From an uncultured Algimonas sp. (GTDB taxonomy: Bacteria; Pseudomonadota; Alphaproteobacteria; Caulobacterales; Maricaulaceae): DNA of 45,412 nt. Below the pieces are notes generated by a model. It had not been told where the DNA came from. It made no database searches and worked only from the letters and a program-made list of their open reading frames with translations. Within the stretch, counting starts at the first letter, position 1. Each line of letters begins with the position of its first letter. The translations under genes were made by a program, and so were the position numbers. The DNA lies in assembly GCA_964438555.1 (NCBI GenBank), contig CAYTLJ010000003.1:6621-52032 (forward strand). Reading direction: 5' to 3'. Below are positions 9,469-20,827 of this stretch, piece after piece.

Positions 9469-10740
9469 CTATGCCGCGGCAGATTTGGTCTCACCCAATA
9501 CGGCCTTGGTAATCGAATCTGGGCGCTTCAGTGGTTTTTCAACCAGACCCAATACAGGCAAGATTATCAAGAAATATGCGAAATAGTAAATCGTGGCCAC
9601 GCGCCCCAAAATTAGGAATGTGATACCCGAATCTTTCCCAAATGGGATTGCAATATCGTCAGGTGTTCCCGCACCACACCACCCAAGAATGAAGCAGAAG
9701 ACGATGAAGAGAATGAAAAACCCGCGTGCGATTGGACGGAAGCGCATGGACCGAACCTTATGCGTATCTAACCACGGCAAGACAAAGAGGACCACAATGG
9801 CACCAATCATGAGGATAAGGCCAAATAGTTTATCCGGCACAGCCCGCAAAATCGCATAGAAAGGTAGGAAATACCATTCCGGCACAATGTGGGACGGTGT
9901 CACGAGAGGGTCTGCCTCAATATAGTTATCGGCATGTCCTAGGGCGTCGGGGAGATAGAATAAGAAAATCGCAAAGATGATTAAGAAGACTGCAATCGCA
10001 AAGGCATCCTTCACAGTGTAGAATGGATGGAAGGCTAATGTATCTTCTTTTGTTTTTTCTGAAATCCCAATCGGGTTATTTTGCCCCACATGATGCAAGG
10101 CCCAAAGGTGAAGTCCGACAAGGGCAGCAATCACAAAAGGTAAGAGATAATGCAGCGCAAAAAATCGATTGAGCGTTGGATTATTGACGGAATAACCGCC
10201 TAAAAGCCACTCTTGAAGGCTTTCGCCCACAACGGGCACAGCTCCAAAGAAGCCCGTAATCACGGTCGCGCCCCAAAATGACATTTGCCCCCAAGGTAAT
10301 GTATAACCAAGGAAAGCCGTTGCCATCATAACGAGGTAAATCAAACAGCCGACAATCCAGATGACTTCGCGCGGCGCTTTATAGGAGCCGTAATAAAGAC
10401 CACGGAAAATATGCATGTAAACGGCGAGGAAGAACATTGAGGCTCCAACCGCATGCATAGATTGTAACAACCAACCAAAGGGGACATCCCGGCGAATACG
10501 TTGAACAGAGGCAAAGGCCGAGTCGACATCAGCCACATAATGCATAGCAAGGATAACGCCTGAAATAATTTGAATGACGAGGCAAAGCGCCAAAATACCA
10601 CCAAATGTATACCAATAATTCAAATTCCGCGGCGACGGAAATGTCATATAATCCGCGCCCATACGAATGATCGGCAGACGCTGATCTATCCATTTCGTGG
10701 CGGCATATTTTGGTTCATAGGTCGAAGGATGTCCGGCCAT
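9469..10740 (-). CDS. petB: Cytochrome b
   Basis: [63 protein letters not shown]. Confidence 0.98.
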   Translation of the reverse strand: MAGHPSTYEPKYAATKWIDQRLPIIRMGADYMTFPSPRNLNYWYTFGGILALCLVIQIISGVILAMHYVADVDSAFASVQRIRRDVPFGWLLQSMHAVGASMFFLAVYMHIFRGLYYGSYKAPREVIWIVGCLIYLVMMATAFLGYTLPWGQMSFWGATVITGFFGAVPVVGESLQEWLLGGYSVNNPTLNRFFALHYLLPFVIAALVGLHLWALHHVGQNNPIGISEKTKEDTLAFHPFYTVKDAFAIAVFLIIFAIFLFYLPDALGHADNYIEADPLVTPSHIVPEWYFLPFYAILRAVPDKLFGLILMIGAIVVLFVLPWLDTHKVRSMRFRPIARGFFILFIVFCFILGWCGAGTPDDIAIPFGKDSGITFLILGRVATIYYFAYFLIILPVLGLVEKPLKRPDSITKAVLGETKSAAA

Positions 10741-10744
10741 GAGA

Positions 10745-11299
10745 TTATCCTACCTTGATGACGTTTTCGGAAATATATTCATAGGGCGGGATCGCCATAT
10801 TCTTTGGCGCCGGTCCTTTACGGATGCGACCTGATGTATCGTAATGAGATGCGTGGCATGGACAGTACCACCCCCCAAAATCTCCATTCTCACCCACAGG
10901 GACACATCCAAAATGCGTACAAACCCCGACCATAACCAAATATTGCGGGCGTAAGTTACCATTTAAATCAGGTATGAGACGATCACCATCCGCTTCAGGG
11001 TCAGGACATTCTTCCACATTCGTACTTTCGGCTTCAGCAATTTCTTCAGCCGTACGGTGACGGACAAAAACGGGTTTACCGCGCCATAACATCTTTAATT
11101 GCTGACCTTCTGCAACTCTTGACAGATCAATTTCAATCGATCCGGCAGATAAGGTATCGGCAGCCTTGCCCATTTGCGCCACTAAAGGCCACGCGACAGC
11201 CGCCGCACCGGCAGCTGCTGCAGCACCAGTCGCCAAATAGATAAAATCACGTTTGGACTCGTCTTCTAAACCCTCATGGGTCTCAGGATGATCAGACAT
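10745..11299 (-). CDS. petA: Ubiquinol-cytochrome c reductase Rieske iron-sulfur subunit
   Basis: KRDF Tat-like anchor, [33 protein letters not shown]. Confidence 0.97.
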   Translation of the reverse strand: MSDHPETHEGLEDESKRDFIYLATGAAAAAGAAAVAWPLVAQMGKAADTLSAGSIEIDLSRVAEGQQLKMLWRGKPVFVRHRTAEEIAEAESTNVEECPDPEADGDRLIPDLNGNLRPQYLVMVGVCTHFGCVPVGENGDFGGWYCPCHASHYDTSGRIRKGPAPKNMAIPPYEYISENVIKVG

Positions 11300-11396
11300 G
11301 TCTTTCGGCCACTCCCTTTAAACCGTGATATCACGGCAAGATTCATGAATCGGGCGGTGTTTATAGGGATATAAACAGGATTGCCAGAGCCTATTC

Positions 11397-11411
11397 GCGG
11401 CATTGCGACGC
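11397..11411. promoter_or_regulatory. Putative RegA/RegR/PrrA binding site upstream of petA
   Basis: GCGGCATTGCGACGC fits the RegR-type consensus GNGRCRTTNNGNCGC and lies about 100 bp upstream of petA. Confidence 0.55.
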
Positions 11412-11492
11412 AATTATCATAAAGAATACAGTTAACTGCATATTCGAACGTAAAGTTTTGCATATTTTAAGGTGTCACAATAAGCTTCAAAT

Positions 11493-11939
11493 ATGGAAAT
11501 CACACTATATCAGCCAGAAATCGCGGGCAATTTGGGCTCGATCATGCGGTCTTGCGCTTGTTTTGGTGTTGGGCTTTCCCTTGTAGAGCCTTGCGGTTTT
11601 CCACTTGGCGATAAACGTATGCGCAGAGCTGCCATGGATTACGACGTTCCAGGCGGGCTAAAAACCCATCAAAATTGGGATCAGGTCCGTGCGGGGGCCA
11701 AAGGCCGGCTTGTTTTAATGACAACCAAGGGCGCGACCCCACTACAAGATTTTGAATTCCAACCTAATGATTGTGTCGTCTTTGGCGCGGAAGGCTCAGG
11801 CGTGCCCGATTTCGTCCATCAAAGTGTTGATGCGCGCATTGTCATTCCTATGGCAAAAGGCGCCAGATCCCTTAATCTATCAAATTCAGTGTCGATCACC
11901 CTTTTTGAGGCCTTGCGACAAACGTGCGACCTGCCATAA
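11493..11939 (+). CDS. trmL: tRNA (cytidine/uridine(34)-2'-O)-methyltransferase, SPOUT family
   Basis: LYQPEIAGN.G, LVEPCGF, RRAAMDY, VFGAEGSG, IPM...RSLNLS. Confidence 0.9.
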   Translation: MEITLYQPEIAGNLGSIMRSCACFGVGLSLVEPCGFPLGDKRMRRAAMDYDVPGGLKTHQNWDQVRAGAKGRLVLMTTKGATPLQDFEFQPNDCVVFGAEGSGVPDFVHQSVDARIVIPMAKGARSLNLSNSVSITLFEALRQTCDLP

Positions 11940-11947
11940 GGCTTTTC

Positions 11948-13114
11948 ATGAAAAAAATTATCCTCCCCCTCATTGCCTCCACAACCTTGCTCGTGTCTTG
12001 CGTGCCGAAAAATAGTAAAGAGTCTGCACCAAACAAAGCGTCCGAGCCTAACATTGCCTTGCCAAGCGCGGCAGATTTTCCAACGCAAATTTCGCCAGAG
12101 CTCAGCACACGCTTTTCAAGGCTGGCGCTAGATTGCGTGCAAAAAGAATTTCCGAATAAGATTTCGCGCACGACGAATACGGCTGACACGATTGGTCCGC
12201 CAAAAGAAATCTTTCCGATTTTTTATGGCTGTTTCGATTGGCATAGTGCGGTCCATGGCCATTGGTTATTAGTGCGGTTATTGCGCGAAGCGCCAGCAAA
12301 TGCCGCTTGGCGCGATGAAGCCATCGCAAAGCTCAATCAAAATTTCACCGAAGAAAATATGGCAGGCGAACTGGCGAATTTCAGACGAGAAGAGCGCGGA
12401 TCTTGGGAACGTCCCTATGGTTGGGCCTGGTATCTTCAATTAACCGCCGAACTTAGAGAGTGGGATGATCCGCAAGCCAAAACCTGGTTGGACATCCTCG
12501 AACCGCTTGAGGCTGATATTGTTCAAGCTACAAAAGACTGGTTGCCAAAACTTGCCTATCCCATTCGTCTGGGTACACATAATCAAAGTTCATTTGCTTT
12601 TACCCTTATGTTGGATTGGGCCGAGACGGCTGGGGATGATGAATTTGCCGATCTGATTAAAATGAAAAGCCTGGAATTTCACAAAGCCGATGTAAATTGC
12701 CCCATGGCTTATGAACCCTCTGGTGAAGATTTCCTGTCACCTTGCCTGATGACCGCGGACCTTATGCGACGTGTTCTGCCTGCAAGCGAATATAATAGCT
12801 GGCTATTAAGTTTTATGCCGCAAATTCCACGTGACGGATCGAGTGACTGGCTGGCACCTGCCATTGTTAAAGATGCCAGTGACGGAAAACTCGTCCATCT
12901 TGATGGCGTAAATTCATCCCGTGCTTGGAACCTTTATAATATTGCGCGCGCCCTACCTGAAAATGACGCACGGCGCGCTAGCCTTGTCTCTGCGGCAAAA
13001 ATTCACCAAAGCTCTGGTGTTGCGGCTGTAACAGCGGAACATTATTCAGGGTCTCATTGGCTTGCCAGTTTCGCGACCTATCTCATGACGGATCGAGGCT
13101 GGAATGACGGATAA
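11948..13114 (+). CDS. DUF2891-like lipoprotein
   Basis: Lipobox [74 protein letters not shown]. Start moved to MKKIIL. Confidence 0.8.
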   Translation: MKKIILPLIASTTLLVSCVPKNSKESAPNKASEPNIALPSAADFPTQISPELSTRFSRLALDCVQKEFPNKISRTTNTADTIGPPKEIFPIFYGCFDWHSAVHGHWLLVRLLREAPANAAWRDEAIAKLNQNFTEENMAGELANFRREERGSWERPYGWAWYLQLTAELREWDDPQAKTWLDILEPLEADIVQATKDWLPKLAYPIRLGTHNQSSFAFTLMLDWAETAGDDEFADLIKMKSLEFHKADVNCPMAYEPSGEDFLSPCLMTADLMRRVLPASEYNSWLLSFMPQIPRDGSSDWLAPAIVKDASDGKLVHLDGVNSSRAWNLYNIARALPENDARRASLVSAAKIHQSSGVAAVTAEHYSGSHWLASFATYLMTDRGWNDG

Positions 13115-13976
13115 ATTTGCGGAGAATAAAGAGCTCGCAACAAGCTGGTTCCGCGACTTACGCGATAAAATTTGCGCTGAATTTGAAAGCCTGGAACGCG
13201 AGGCACCAGTAAATCTTTATCCGGGTGAGCCCGGCACGTTTGAATATGAAGATTGGCTGCGCAAGGTCGAGAATGGCGGCGGCGGTACGGGCGGCATGAT
13301 GCGCGGGCGCCTCTTTGAAAAATGCGGCGTTCATATCAGCGTGGTCAAAGGCGAATTCACACCCGAAATGGCGGCCCGCACACCAGGCGCAGATAAAGAT
13401 CCGCGCTTCTGGGCTGCTGGTATTTCGCTGATCGCCCATATGCGAAATCCACGCATTCCGGCTGTTCATATGAATACGCGCTATATTGTGACCACACAGG
13501 ATTGGTTTGGCGGCGGCGCTGACCTGACGCCCACCCTTGCAATTGATCGCGCGCAAAACACAAAGGACGCCAAAGCTTTTCATGCCGGTATGGAAGCCGC
13601 CTGCTCGCCACATCACGTCGCGGATTATCCGCGTTTTAAAGACTGGTGTGATGAATATTTCCATCTCAAACATCGGGATGAGCCGCGCGGCATTGGTGGT
13701 ATATTTTATGACCGACATAATAGTGGCGATTGGTCAGCCGATTTTGCCTTCACACAAGACGTCGGACGGCATTTTCTTAGCACATATTCAGAAATTGTAC
13801 GCAGACGTATGGTTGAACCTTGGAGCGACGCCGAACGCGAAGAACAGCTTATTACGCGAGGGCGTTATGTCGAGTTCAACCTATTATGGGATCGCGGCAC
13901 AACCTTTGGGCTTAAAACGGGCGGAAATGTTAAAACCATCCTCAGCTCCATGCCTCCTGTTGTGAAATGGCCATAA
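13104..13976 (+). CDS. hemF: Oxygen-dependent coproporphyrinogen III oxidase
   Basis: [31 protein letters not shown]...[29 protein letters not shown]. Confidence 0.96.
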   Translation: MTDKFAENKELATSWFRDLRDKICAEFESLEREAPVNLYPGEPGTFEYEDWLRKVENGGGGTGGMMRGRLFEKCGVHISVVKGEFTPEMAARTPGADKDPRFWAAGISLIAHMRNPRIPAVHMNTRYIVTTQDWFGGGADLTPTLAIDRAQNTKDAKAFHAGMEAACSPHHVADYPRFKDWCDEYFHLKHRDEPRGIGGIFYDRHNSGDWSADFAFTQDVGRHFLSTYSEIVRRRMVEPWSDAEREEQLITRGRYVEFNLLWDRGTTFGLKTGGNVKTILSSMPPVVKWP

Positions 13977-14055
13977 ACCCATATTAGGTTCAAAAATAGC
14001 AGCGCTTTTCGCTGGACCAAACTTTCCATTAACCCTGTTTCTCTAGGGCAGTTCC

Positions 14056-14865
14056 ATGTCTTGGTTACATTTGATTCTATTGGCTATTGTTCAAGGATTG
14101 ACGGAGTTTCTGCCGATCAGCTCTTCAGCCCATTTGATTTTACCTTCGATATTGTTTGAATGGGATGATCAGGGCCCACTCATTGATGTCATGGCGCATT
14201 TTGGCTCGCTCTTTGCGGTTCTAGCTTATTTTAGAAAAGACGTTATCGACATCTTTAAAGGGTTTATTGATTTGCTGGGGCGCAAGCTAAATGTGAATTC
14301 GGCTTTGGCTTTAAACCTCATTCTCTCAACCCCGCCTGCCCTTTTGCTCGGCTTTATTCTAACGACAACAGAACTGGATCAAGCGATCCGTTCCCCGGGT
14401 GTTATCGCCTTTACGACCATCACATTTGGCGTTTTATTGTGGCTATCAGATATTTGGGCAAAATCGGATAAGCCAGTCTCTGATTTGACCTGGAAAGGCG
14501 CTATAACCTTGGGTCTTGCACAGTCGATCGCGCTTATTCCGGGAACTTCGCGCTCCGGCATCACCATGACGGCTGGACGATTTATGGGACTGTCTCGTGA
14601 GGCCGCCGCCCGTTTTTCAATGTTGATGAGCTTGCCTATTATTGGCGCAGGTGGATTATTTGCTGTGTTGAAATTAATGACGGCTGACGCGGCTGAACAA
14701 ACAGCGACGCTTTCCAATGGACTCGTCGTCGCGGGCCTATCTTTTATAACCGCCTATGCCTGTATCGCGCTCTTTATGAAATGGGTAGGTCGCATCGGCT
14801 TCTTCCCCTTTATGCTCTATCGGCTCGCCTTAGGCGCAGCCCTCTTAATCTGGATGTTTACATGA
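14056..14865 (+). CDS. uppP: Undecaprenyl-diphosphate phosphatase
   Basis: QGLTEFLPISSSAH and IPGTSRSG.T motifs; multi-pass membrane protein. Confidence 0.95.
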   Translation: MSWLHLILLAIVQGLTEFLPISSSAHLILPSILFEWDDQGPLIDVMAHFGSLFAVLAYFRKDVIDIFKGFIDLLGRKLNVNSALALNLILSTPPALLLGFILTTTELDQAIRSPGVIAFTTITFGVLLWLSDIWAKSDKPVSDLTWKGAITLGLAQSIALIPGTSRSGITMTAGRFMGLSREAAARFSMLMSLPIIGAGGLFAVLKLMTADAAEQTATLSNGLVVAGLSFITAYACIALFMKWVGRIGFFPFMLYRLALGAALLIWMFT

Positions 14866-14924
14866 GGTATTTTTCATCTTTTGAACAATTGTTGCGGGCC
14901 TCAAAACGCATTAGGGCGCGGTCT

Positions 14925-16124
14925 ATGAAGACGATTTCGGCCATAAGTCTCTCGCTAGCTTTATCTATGGGCGCCCATGCGCAGAATTCTGTACTTCCAA
15001 ATGTTCCCCCTACGCAGACCAGTCTGCCCGATTTAAATCAGACACAAAAGCTTGATGTTGAAGAATTAAACCGACGCGCCGAATTGCTTATGCAACAGCT
15101 CGAAATGACAGGCCTTGCTATGGCCATTGTCGAGAATGGAGAGATCGCCTTTGCCAAGGGATATGGCGAAGAAGTGCGCGATAGCGGACGTCAGGTGACA
15201 GCTGATACAGTCTTTCGATGGGCCTCTGTTTCAAAAGGGGTTGCTGCAAATACTTTGCTATCTTTGATCGAAGACGGTGAAGTATCTCTCGCAGATAAAG
15301 CCGAAGACCTCGCACCGTCGCTCGATCTCCCGGGTGACGCGAAAACGGTCAATCTCCTCCATCTCCTATCACATCAAACAGGCATTGTTCGAAATGCCTA
15401 TGATAATCGTATTGAGGCCGGAAAAGCGGCTAAACCAACCCGGAGTGCCTTGCAAAGTCTTGGGACACTGTGTGAACCCGGAACCTGTCACACCTATCAA
15501 AATGTCGCCTATGATGCGATCTCAGAAATTGTCGAAGCGAAAACGGGCTTACCCTATAAAACGGTTTTAAAAGACCGCGTCTTTGACCCGCTAGGTATGG
15601 AAACAGCCTCAGCAACGCTTGAGGGCTTGACGCAAAATAAGCGGTGGGCGCGACCCCATAATCGTTACGGTCAACGCATCAGCGAGGTTAAACCAACCTA
15701 TTACCGTATTCCAGCGGCAGCTGGGGTGAACTCGTCCGTCAAGGATATGGCAAAATGGATGATTGCCCAATTCCCGGAAAGCGATCAGATCCCGGCGGAT
15801 CGCCTAACAGCGATGCAAACGCCAGTTATCCAAACCACCTCTGAGCAAAATTTTATGAATAGACGCTTCAGAGATCTGCAACGCGCCCATTATGGCTTGG
15901 GGTGGCGTGTCTATGATTTTCACGGTCACAAAGTTGTGGGGCATCGCGGTGGTGTCCAAGGCTACCGCTCACTTGTTCTTTTTGATCCAGAGGCCAAAGC
16001 GGGTATCGCCTTAATGTGGAATTCGCCGCATACAAGGCCCATTGGTCTGCAAATGGAATTTCTAGACCAGCTTTACGGCCTTTCAAAACGCGATTGGCTG
16101 CGTCTTAATGAAGGGCGTCTTTAA
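14925..16124 (+). CDS. Exported serine hydrolase (beta-lactamase class C/AmpH-like fold)
   Basis: Signal peptide (AHA); FRWASVSK (SxxK), LLSHQTG, YQN, PLGM, GHRGG. An alternative start at 14862 is coupled to the uppP stop. Confidence 0.85.
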   Translation: MKTISAISLSLALSMGAHAQNSVLPNVPPTQTSLPDLNQTQKLDVEELNRRAELLMQQLEMTGLAMAIVENGEIAFAKGYGEEVRDSGRQVTADTVFRWASVSKGVAANTLLSLIEDGEVSLADKAEDLAPSLDLPGDAKTVNLLHLLSHQTGIVRNAYDNRIEAGKAAKPTRSALQSLGTLCEPGTCHTYQNVAYDAISEIVEAKTGLPYKTVLKDRVFDPLGMETASATLEGLTQNKRWARPHNRYGQRISEVKPTYYRIPAAAGVNSSVKDMAKWMIAQFPESDQIPADRLTAMQTPVIQTTSEQNFMNRRFRDLQRAHYGLGWRVYDFHGHKVVGHRGGVQGYRSLVLFDPEAKAGIALMWNSPHTRPIGLQMEFLDQLYGLSKRDWLRLNEGRL

Positions 16125-17241
16125 CGGCGCTAATGATCCGGTCCTGGATGTCTCGAGCCAGATATGCGTGCATCGGCAGACTAATCGAGCGCGCACTTGA
16201 AGCTTCGGTAACAGCGAGCCCCGCTGAGCTTATCGGATAGTCCGTATAGGCCGTCTGGCGATGAATGGGCTTGGGGTAATAACGCGGCGCGGGAATACCA
16301 TGCTTGCCTAGAGCTTTTTGCAAAGCATCCGGATCTTCAGTCTCTACCGTATAAATTGCCCAGATTGGTCTGACCCCGTCCAGGACAAAAGGAGTCTGAA
16401 CATATTGGCCAAGAGCCTGATTATAACGATCAGCTATCTCATTGCGGGCTGTAATCTCATCTTCAAAAATAGAAAGCTTGGACAGTAACACGGTCGCTTG
16501 GATCGTATCTAAGCGAGAGTTTAATCCGATCCGAACATTGTCATATTTGTCTTTGCCCGCACCGTGCATGCGAAGCGAACGAATAATATCTGCAAGCTCC
16601 GCATCATTTGTAAAAACAGCGCCGCCGTCACCATAACACCCTAAAGGTTTGGCTGGAAAAAAACTGGTTGTTGCTGCATCCGCCCAATGGATGGGGTGCA
16701 AGCCATTGAGTGTCGAGCCAAAGCCTTGCGCGGAATCTGCCAAAAGCTTGAGATCAAATTCTTTGGTGATCGGGGTGAGTTCATCATAATTCGCGCATTG
16801 CCCAAAGAGGTCCACGCTCATCACAACTTTGGGCGTGAGGTCAGTCGGACAATTTTCGATAGCCGCTCTTAGATTATTTGGATCCATATTATAGCTCCGT
16901 GGATCCACATCGACGAAAATTGGCGTCGCCCCCAATAGGGCAATAGCTTCCGCACTCGCGCAATAGCTCCAACTCGGCACAAAGACGGCGTCGCCTTGAC
17001 TAACGCCCCAAGCCATTAGCGGCAAGATCAAGGCATCGGTTCCATTGGCACAGCTTATTGTCTCACTTGCCCCGCAATACTTTGCCAAAGCCGCTTCTAA
17101 CTCGCGGACTTCATCGCCCAAAATATATTGATTGTGATCCAATACGGTTTGGATACGGGCATCAATATCGGATTTCAGGCGCTGATATTGCGACGCCAAA
17201 TCGATAAATGGGATTGGCTGATATGGCGGTTTACGATCCAT
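16105..17241 (-). CDS. DegT/DnrJ/EryC1/StrS-family nucleotide-sugar aminotransferase
   Basis: IPFIDL..QY, ANGTDAL, DSAQGFG, SFFPAKPLGCYGDGG, GLNSRLDTIQA, SLPMH. Confidence 0.92.
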   Translation of the reverse strand: MDRKPPYQPIPFIDLASQYQRLKSDIDARIQTVLDHNQYILGDEVRELEAALAKYCGASETISCANGTDALILPLMAWGVSQGDAVFVPSWSYCASAEAIALLGATPIFVDVDPRSYNMDPNNLRAAIENCPTDLTPKVVMSVDLFGQCANYDELTPITKEFDLKLLADSAQGFGSTLNGLHPIHWADAATTSFFPAKPLGCYGDGGAVFTNDAELADIIRSLRMHGAGKDKYDNVRIGLNSRLDTIQATVLLSKLSIFEDEITARNEIADRYNQALGQYVQTPFVLDGVRPIWAIYTVETEDPDALQKALGKHGIPAPRYYPKPIHRQTAYTDYPISSAGLAVTEASSARSISLPMHAYLARDIQDRIISAVKDALH

Positions 17242-17313
17242 AAGCGCCTTCTGCCCAAGATAACTCGAAACGCAAGAGAGAATACGCAGATATAAAATCG
17301 CGTCGCGATAGAC

Positions 17314-18144
17314 CTAATCGCGCAATAATTCATTCACACCTGTTTTGGCGCGGGTTTTTGCATCCACTGTTTTTACAATGACAGCACAGGCCAGACTATG
17401 GCTTCCATCTTTTGACGGCAGGGTTCCTGGAACCACGACGGAATAGGCAGGCACTTCACCAAAACTGATCTCTCCCGTGGCGCGATTAAAGATTTTCGTT
17501 GATTGCGAAATAAAGACACCCATGGCGAGGACAGCGCCTTCTCTGACAATCACACCTTCAACCACTTCAGACCGCGCGCCGATAAAACAATTATCTTCGA
17601 TAATCGTTGGATTGGCCTGTAGCGGTTCCAACACGCCACCAATTCCAACACCGCCCGATAAATGCACATTTTCACCGATCTGCGCACAAGACCCAACGGT
17701 CGCCCATGTATCAACCATTGTGCCTGATCCGACATGTGCGCCAATATTGACGTAAGACGGCATGAGCACGGCATTTGGCGCAATAAAACTTCCGCGTCTT
17801 ACCGCCGCCGGCGGCACAACCCGAAAAGCAGCTTTGGCAAAATCCTCTTCGGTCCAACCTTCAAATTTGGACGGGACCTTATCAAAGAAATGACCATCCT
17901 GCGGACCGCCTGTCATCATTGCATTGGGATGAATACGAAAGCCCAAAAGCACAGCCTTTTTTAGCCATTGGTGGACAACCCAGTCACCATTGCCTGATTT
18001 CGACGCGACACGCAGACTTCCATCGTCAAGTTTTCCAATAGCGGTTTCAATGGCATCGCGCGCCTCACCTTTGGTGTCAGGTGATAAAGACGCTCTATCT
18101 TCCCAAGCAGCTTCAATGGCGGATTGGAGTGTGTCTAAAGTCAT
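17314..18144 (-). CDS. dapD: 2,3,4,5-tetrahydropyridine-2,6-dicarboxylate N-succinyltransferase
   Basis: [67 protein letters not shown] precedes the ATG at 18144. Confidence 0.96.
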   Translation of the reverse strand: MTLDTLQSAIEAAWEDRASLSPDTKGEARDAIETAIGKLDDGSLRVASKSGNGDWVVHQWLKKAVLLGFRIHPNAMMTGGPQDGHFFDKVPSKFEGWTEEDFAKAAFRVVPPAAVRRGSFIAPNAVLMPSYVNIGAHVGSGTMVDTWATVGSCAQIGENVHLSGGVGIGGVLEPLQANPTIIEDNCFIGARSEVVEGVIVREGAVLAMGVFISQSTKIFNRATGEISFGEVPAYSVVVPGTLPSKDGSHSLACAVIVKTVDAKTRAKTGVNELLRD

Positions 18145-18223
18145 GGTAAATCCTGTTAGTCCAAAGGCAGTTTTTAAAATCGGGCGCAACATAGGCGCGT
18201 TAATGGCTGCGTCAACCTGATCT

Positions 18224-19039
18224 TTAAGGCGTTGTCAGAACACGCCCATTTGCGATGAAAATATCATCATAGCGTACGCCGCCATTTCCGTAAGGATCGC
18301 GCTTGGGACCCGTATTTGAAATCGCCATAAAACCGATTAATCCTTCTTCGCGTTTCATTCGAAATTGCGCACCCTCGAAAACTTTGATCTGCTCTGTAAA
18401 TTCTCCGCCTCGCATATATAAATCATAGCTCTGTCCGCCTTTCGCGACAGGTGCATTATTGATGACGCCCCACATTTCATACCAGATATTAGGGTCAAGC
18501 GGCTTTGCCGCCTCACCTGTTTTTGGGTTTTTTATTTTGGCATAGGTCTTAGGTCCCGTAAGCACCATGAAAGTGCCATCATTTTTAGTGCCGTCACTTT
18601 CCGCCTTATCCGTGATCCGAAACATAGGTTCAAACGCATTATAGCCCAATTCCGCCATATCACCCGCGCCGCGATTTGTCAGACCAAAGGAATGGTTATT
18701 TGGAAAGGCTTCGACGTTAAACCGTAGATAAAGCGTCGCCATCTCTCCCTCCGCAATCGGAACAGGTAATGCTCGCAGACCAATGGCTTTGCGATTGCCA
18801 ATCACGCCCTCTGCGGCCGGTTTGCGGATCATAAAGTGATTGCCGTTTTCCGCTTTAATATCGCTGATCTGAGGCGATTCAATAAAGGGATCGGTTTGAT
18901 TATCAACATCAAGGCGGTGCCAAGCTTTTATCGCGTCAGGCGCCTCGAAATCATCAACCTTTACCCAGTCAGTCTTGGAACAGCCTTGCAAGGCCAAGCT
19001 TAGCCCGACACATATCAGAGATATAAATCGCATATTCAC
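18224..19039 (-). CDS. Hypothetical lipoprotein, probably beta-sandwich
   Basis: Lipobox LQGC; beta-rich pattern ([21 protein letters not shown]). Confidence 0.7.
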   Translation of the reverse strand: MNMRFISLICVGLSLALQGCSKTDWVKVDDFEAPDAIKAWHRLDVDNQTDPFIESPQISDIKAENGNHFMIRKPAAEGVIGNRKAIGLRALPVPIAEGEMATLYLRFNVEAFPNNHSFGLTNRGAGDMAELGYNAFEPMFRITDKAESDGTKNDGTFMVLTGPKTYAKIKNPKTGEAAKPLDPNIWYEMWGVINNAPVAKGGQSYDLYMRGGEFTEQIKVFEGAQFRMKREEGLIGFMAISNTGPKRDPYGNGGVRYDDIFIANGRVLTTP

Positions 19040-19042
19040 CTC

Positions 19043-19504
19043 TCACCCGCCGCGTTTCATCGTTTCGACCATTAAATGTAGCGCTTCTAAAAATCGAGAC
19101 CGGTCACGCGCTGTGAAAGGTGGCGGACCGCCAATATTAGGTTGCTCCGCGCCTGCACGTAAATCGGCCATAATCGCGCGTATGGCAATCTGGCTTCCAA
19201 TTGTATCAAGCGTCATAGGCTTACCATTTGAGCCCAGCACACGCCCACCGGATTTCAAGACGCGTTCAGCCAGCAAAATATCCGAGGTAATCACAATCGC
19301 ATTTTCATCCGCAGCCTCAGCGATAAAATCATCTGCGGCGTCAAAACTATCATCGACCAAATGAAAGCTAAATCCTGGCTCCTTTGGAACTCTTATAAAA
19401 CTATTGGCAATAACGGCGACGGGCACATTATGCCTGCGCGCAACTTTGAAGGTTTCCTCGCGCACAGGGCAAGCATCTGCATCGATATAAATTTTTAAAC
19501 GCAC
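19043..19504 (-). CDS. YaiI/YqxD (DUF188) family protein
   Basis: IYIDADACPV, DAADD.I, IVITSDI.LA, GGPPPF..RDR.RF. Confidence 0.9.
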   Translation of the reverse strand: MRLKIYIDADACPVREETFKVARRHNVPVAVIANSFIRVPKEPGFSFHLVDDSFDAADDFIAEAADENAIVITSDILLAERVLKSGGRVLGSNGKPMTLDTIGSQIAIRAIMADLRAGAEQPNIGGPPPFTARDRSRFLEALHLMVETMKRGG

Positions 19505-19557
19505 AAATGATTAGATAACGGCTTGTCGTGACCATGTCGCCTGATAATGCATGAAAT

Positions 19558-20805
19558 ATGTCCGGCCAGAACACATCAAAAGAAGACAGTTTCTCGGCCT
19601 TTCGGCATTCCGCCTTTAAGCGGTTTTTCTGGGCGCGGTTTTTGACCGCAACAGCCATTCAGATTCTAGCCACCGCTGTGGCCTGGCAGATTTATATTGA
19701 GACGAAAAATGCGTTATTGCTGGGTCTCATTGGCTTGGTACAATTTCTGCCTGCGCTTATTCTTGTTTTGGTTACAGGCCTCGCGGCTGACGTTTTAGGT
19801 CGGCGACGCGTTATGGGGTCAGCCATTCTTTTAATGATGATCTGCGCCTTAGGCATTTTAATTTTATCTTTGACTGGAACCTTGCAGCCCACATTTGTGC
19901 TCATAATATTGACAGTCCTTGGGGTCGCGCGCGCCTTTCATTCACCGGCTTCAAGTTCATTGGTTGTCAATGTCGTCCCGAAACAAGACTTTCCCAACGC
20001 CGTTGGATGGGTGACCTCCTCATGGCAACTCGCCACTATTGTTGGACCTGCATTAGGTGGACTTTTAATCGCGATATCTGGGCCGCTCGCTTATAGTATC
20101 TCTGCTATCATATTATGCTTTGCCGCGCTTTTGATATTTTCACTCGAAAAACCAAATCAACAAAAAGAAACAGACCCTACCGATTGGGAGACGATTGTGG
20201 GCGGCTTTCAATATATCTGGAAAGAGAAAATCATCCTGGGGGCCATGACCCTTGATCTCTTTGCGATTTTACTCGGGGGTGCGGTGGCACTCCTGCCGAT
20301 TTATGCCGAAGACATTTTAAATGTTGGTGCCATCGGAAATGGACTGTTGCGCGCCGCGCCCGGGATTGGTGCCATCATCACCGTTATCCTGCTTGTGCGG
20401 TTTCCGATCCGAAATCACGCAGGACCCATATTACTTTTCACGGTCGCAGCCTTTGGCGCAGCCACGGCTGTGTTTGGGATATCAAAGATCGCCTGGGTCT
20501 CTATCCTTGCCCTTGCTCTGGTCGGAGCCTTTGACATGGTCAGCGTCTATATCCGCGAAATCCTTGTCCAGTTCTGGACACCTGATCGCGTCAGAGGACG
20601 TGTCAATGCGGTGAACGGCATATTTATTGGCGCCAGTAATGAGGTAGGTGAATTTCGCGCGGGCGCGATGGCAGCGCTTTTCGGTGCCGTCTTTACCGTT
20701 ACAATCGGGGGCGTTGCAGCCATCGGTATCGCGGCGAGTTGGCGGTTTCTCTTTCCTAAAATGTCAAAGACAGGGAAATTAGAAGCACCAGACTTCGATG
20801 CGTAG
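19558..20805 (+). CDS. MFS transporter (MFS_3/EntS-like)
   Basis: About 12 hydrophobic segments; G.AAD..GRR, LDLFAILLGG, TPD.VRGRV.AVN..FIGASNE.GEF. Confidence 0.88.
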   Translation: MSGQNTSKEDSFSAFRHSAFKRFFWARFLTATAIQILATAVAWQIYIETKNALLLGLIGLVQFLPALILVLVTGLAADVLGRRRVMGSAILLMMICALGILILSLTGTLQPTFVLIILTVLGVARAFHSPASSSLVVNVVPKQDFPNAVGWVTSSWQLATIVGPALGGLLIAISGPLAYSISAIILCFAALLIFSLEKPNQQKETDPTDWETIVGGFQYIWKEKIILGAMTLDLFAILLGGAVALLPIYAEDILNVGAIGNGLLRAAPGIGAIITVILLVRFPIRNHAGPILLFTVAAFGAATAVFGISKIAWVSILALALVGAFDMVSVYIREILVQFWTPDRVRGRVNAVNGIFIGASNEVGEFRAGAMAALFGAVFTVTIGGVAAIGIAASWRFLFPKMSKTGKLEAPDFDA

Positions 20806-20827
20806 TGCCGGTTTTAAGGTCCCTATC

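Noticed and set aside
10745..11299. Rieske box II reads CPCHAS rather than CPCHGS
   Set aside because: All Cys/His ligands are intact; a single conservative change does not indicate altered function.
13158..13718. Long alternative-frame ORFs (e.g. 13158-13718, 32960-33442, 38962-39420, 41899-42354)
   Set aside because: They overlap well-supported genes, show no motifs, and look like antisense or shadow frames.
14925..16124. AmpC beta-lactamase
   Set aside because: It has SxxK and YxN but HRG instead of KTG, and no ampR nearby; more likely a general esterase/peptidase of that fold.
16105..16124. 20-bp convergent overlap of the serine hydrolase and DegT genes
   Set aside because: Short 3' overlaps are common in compact genomes.
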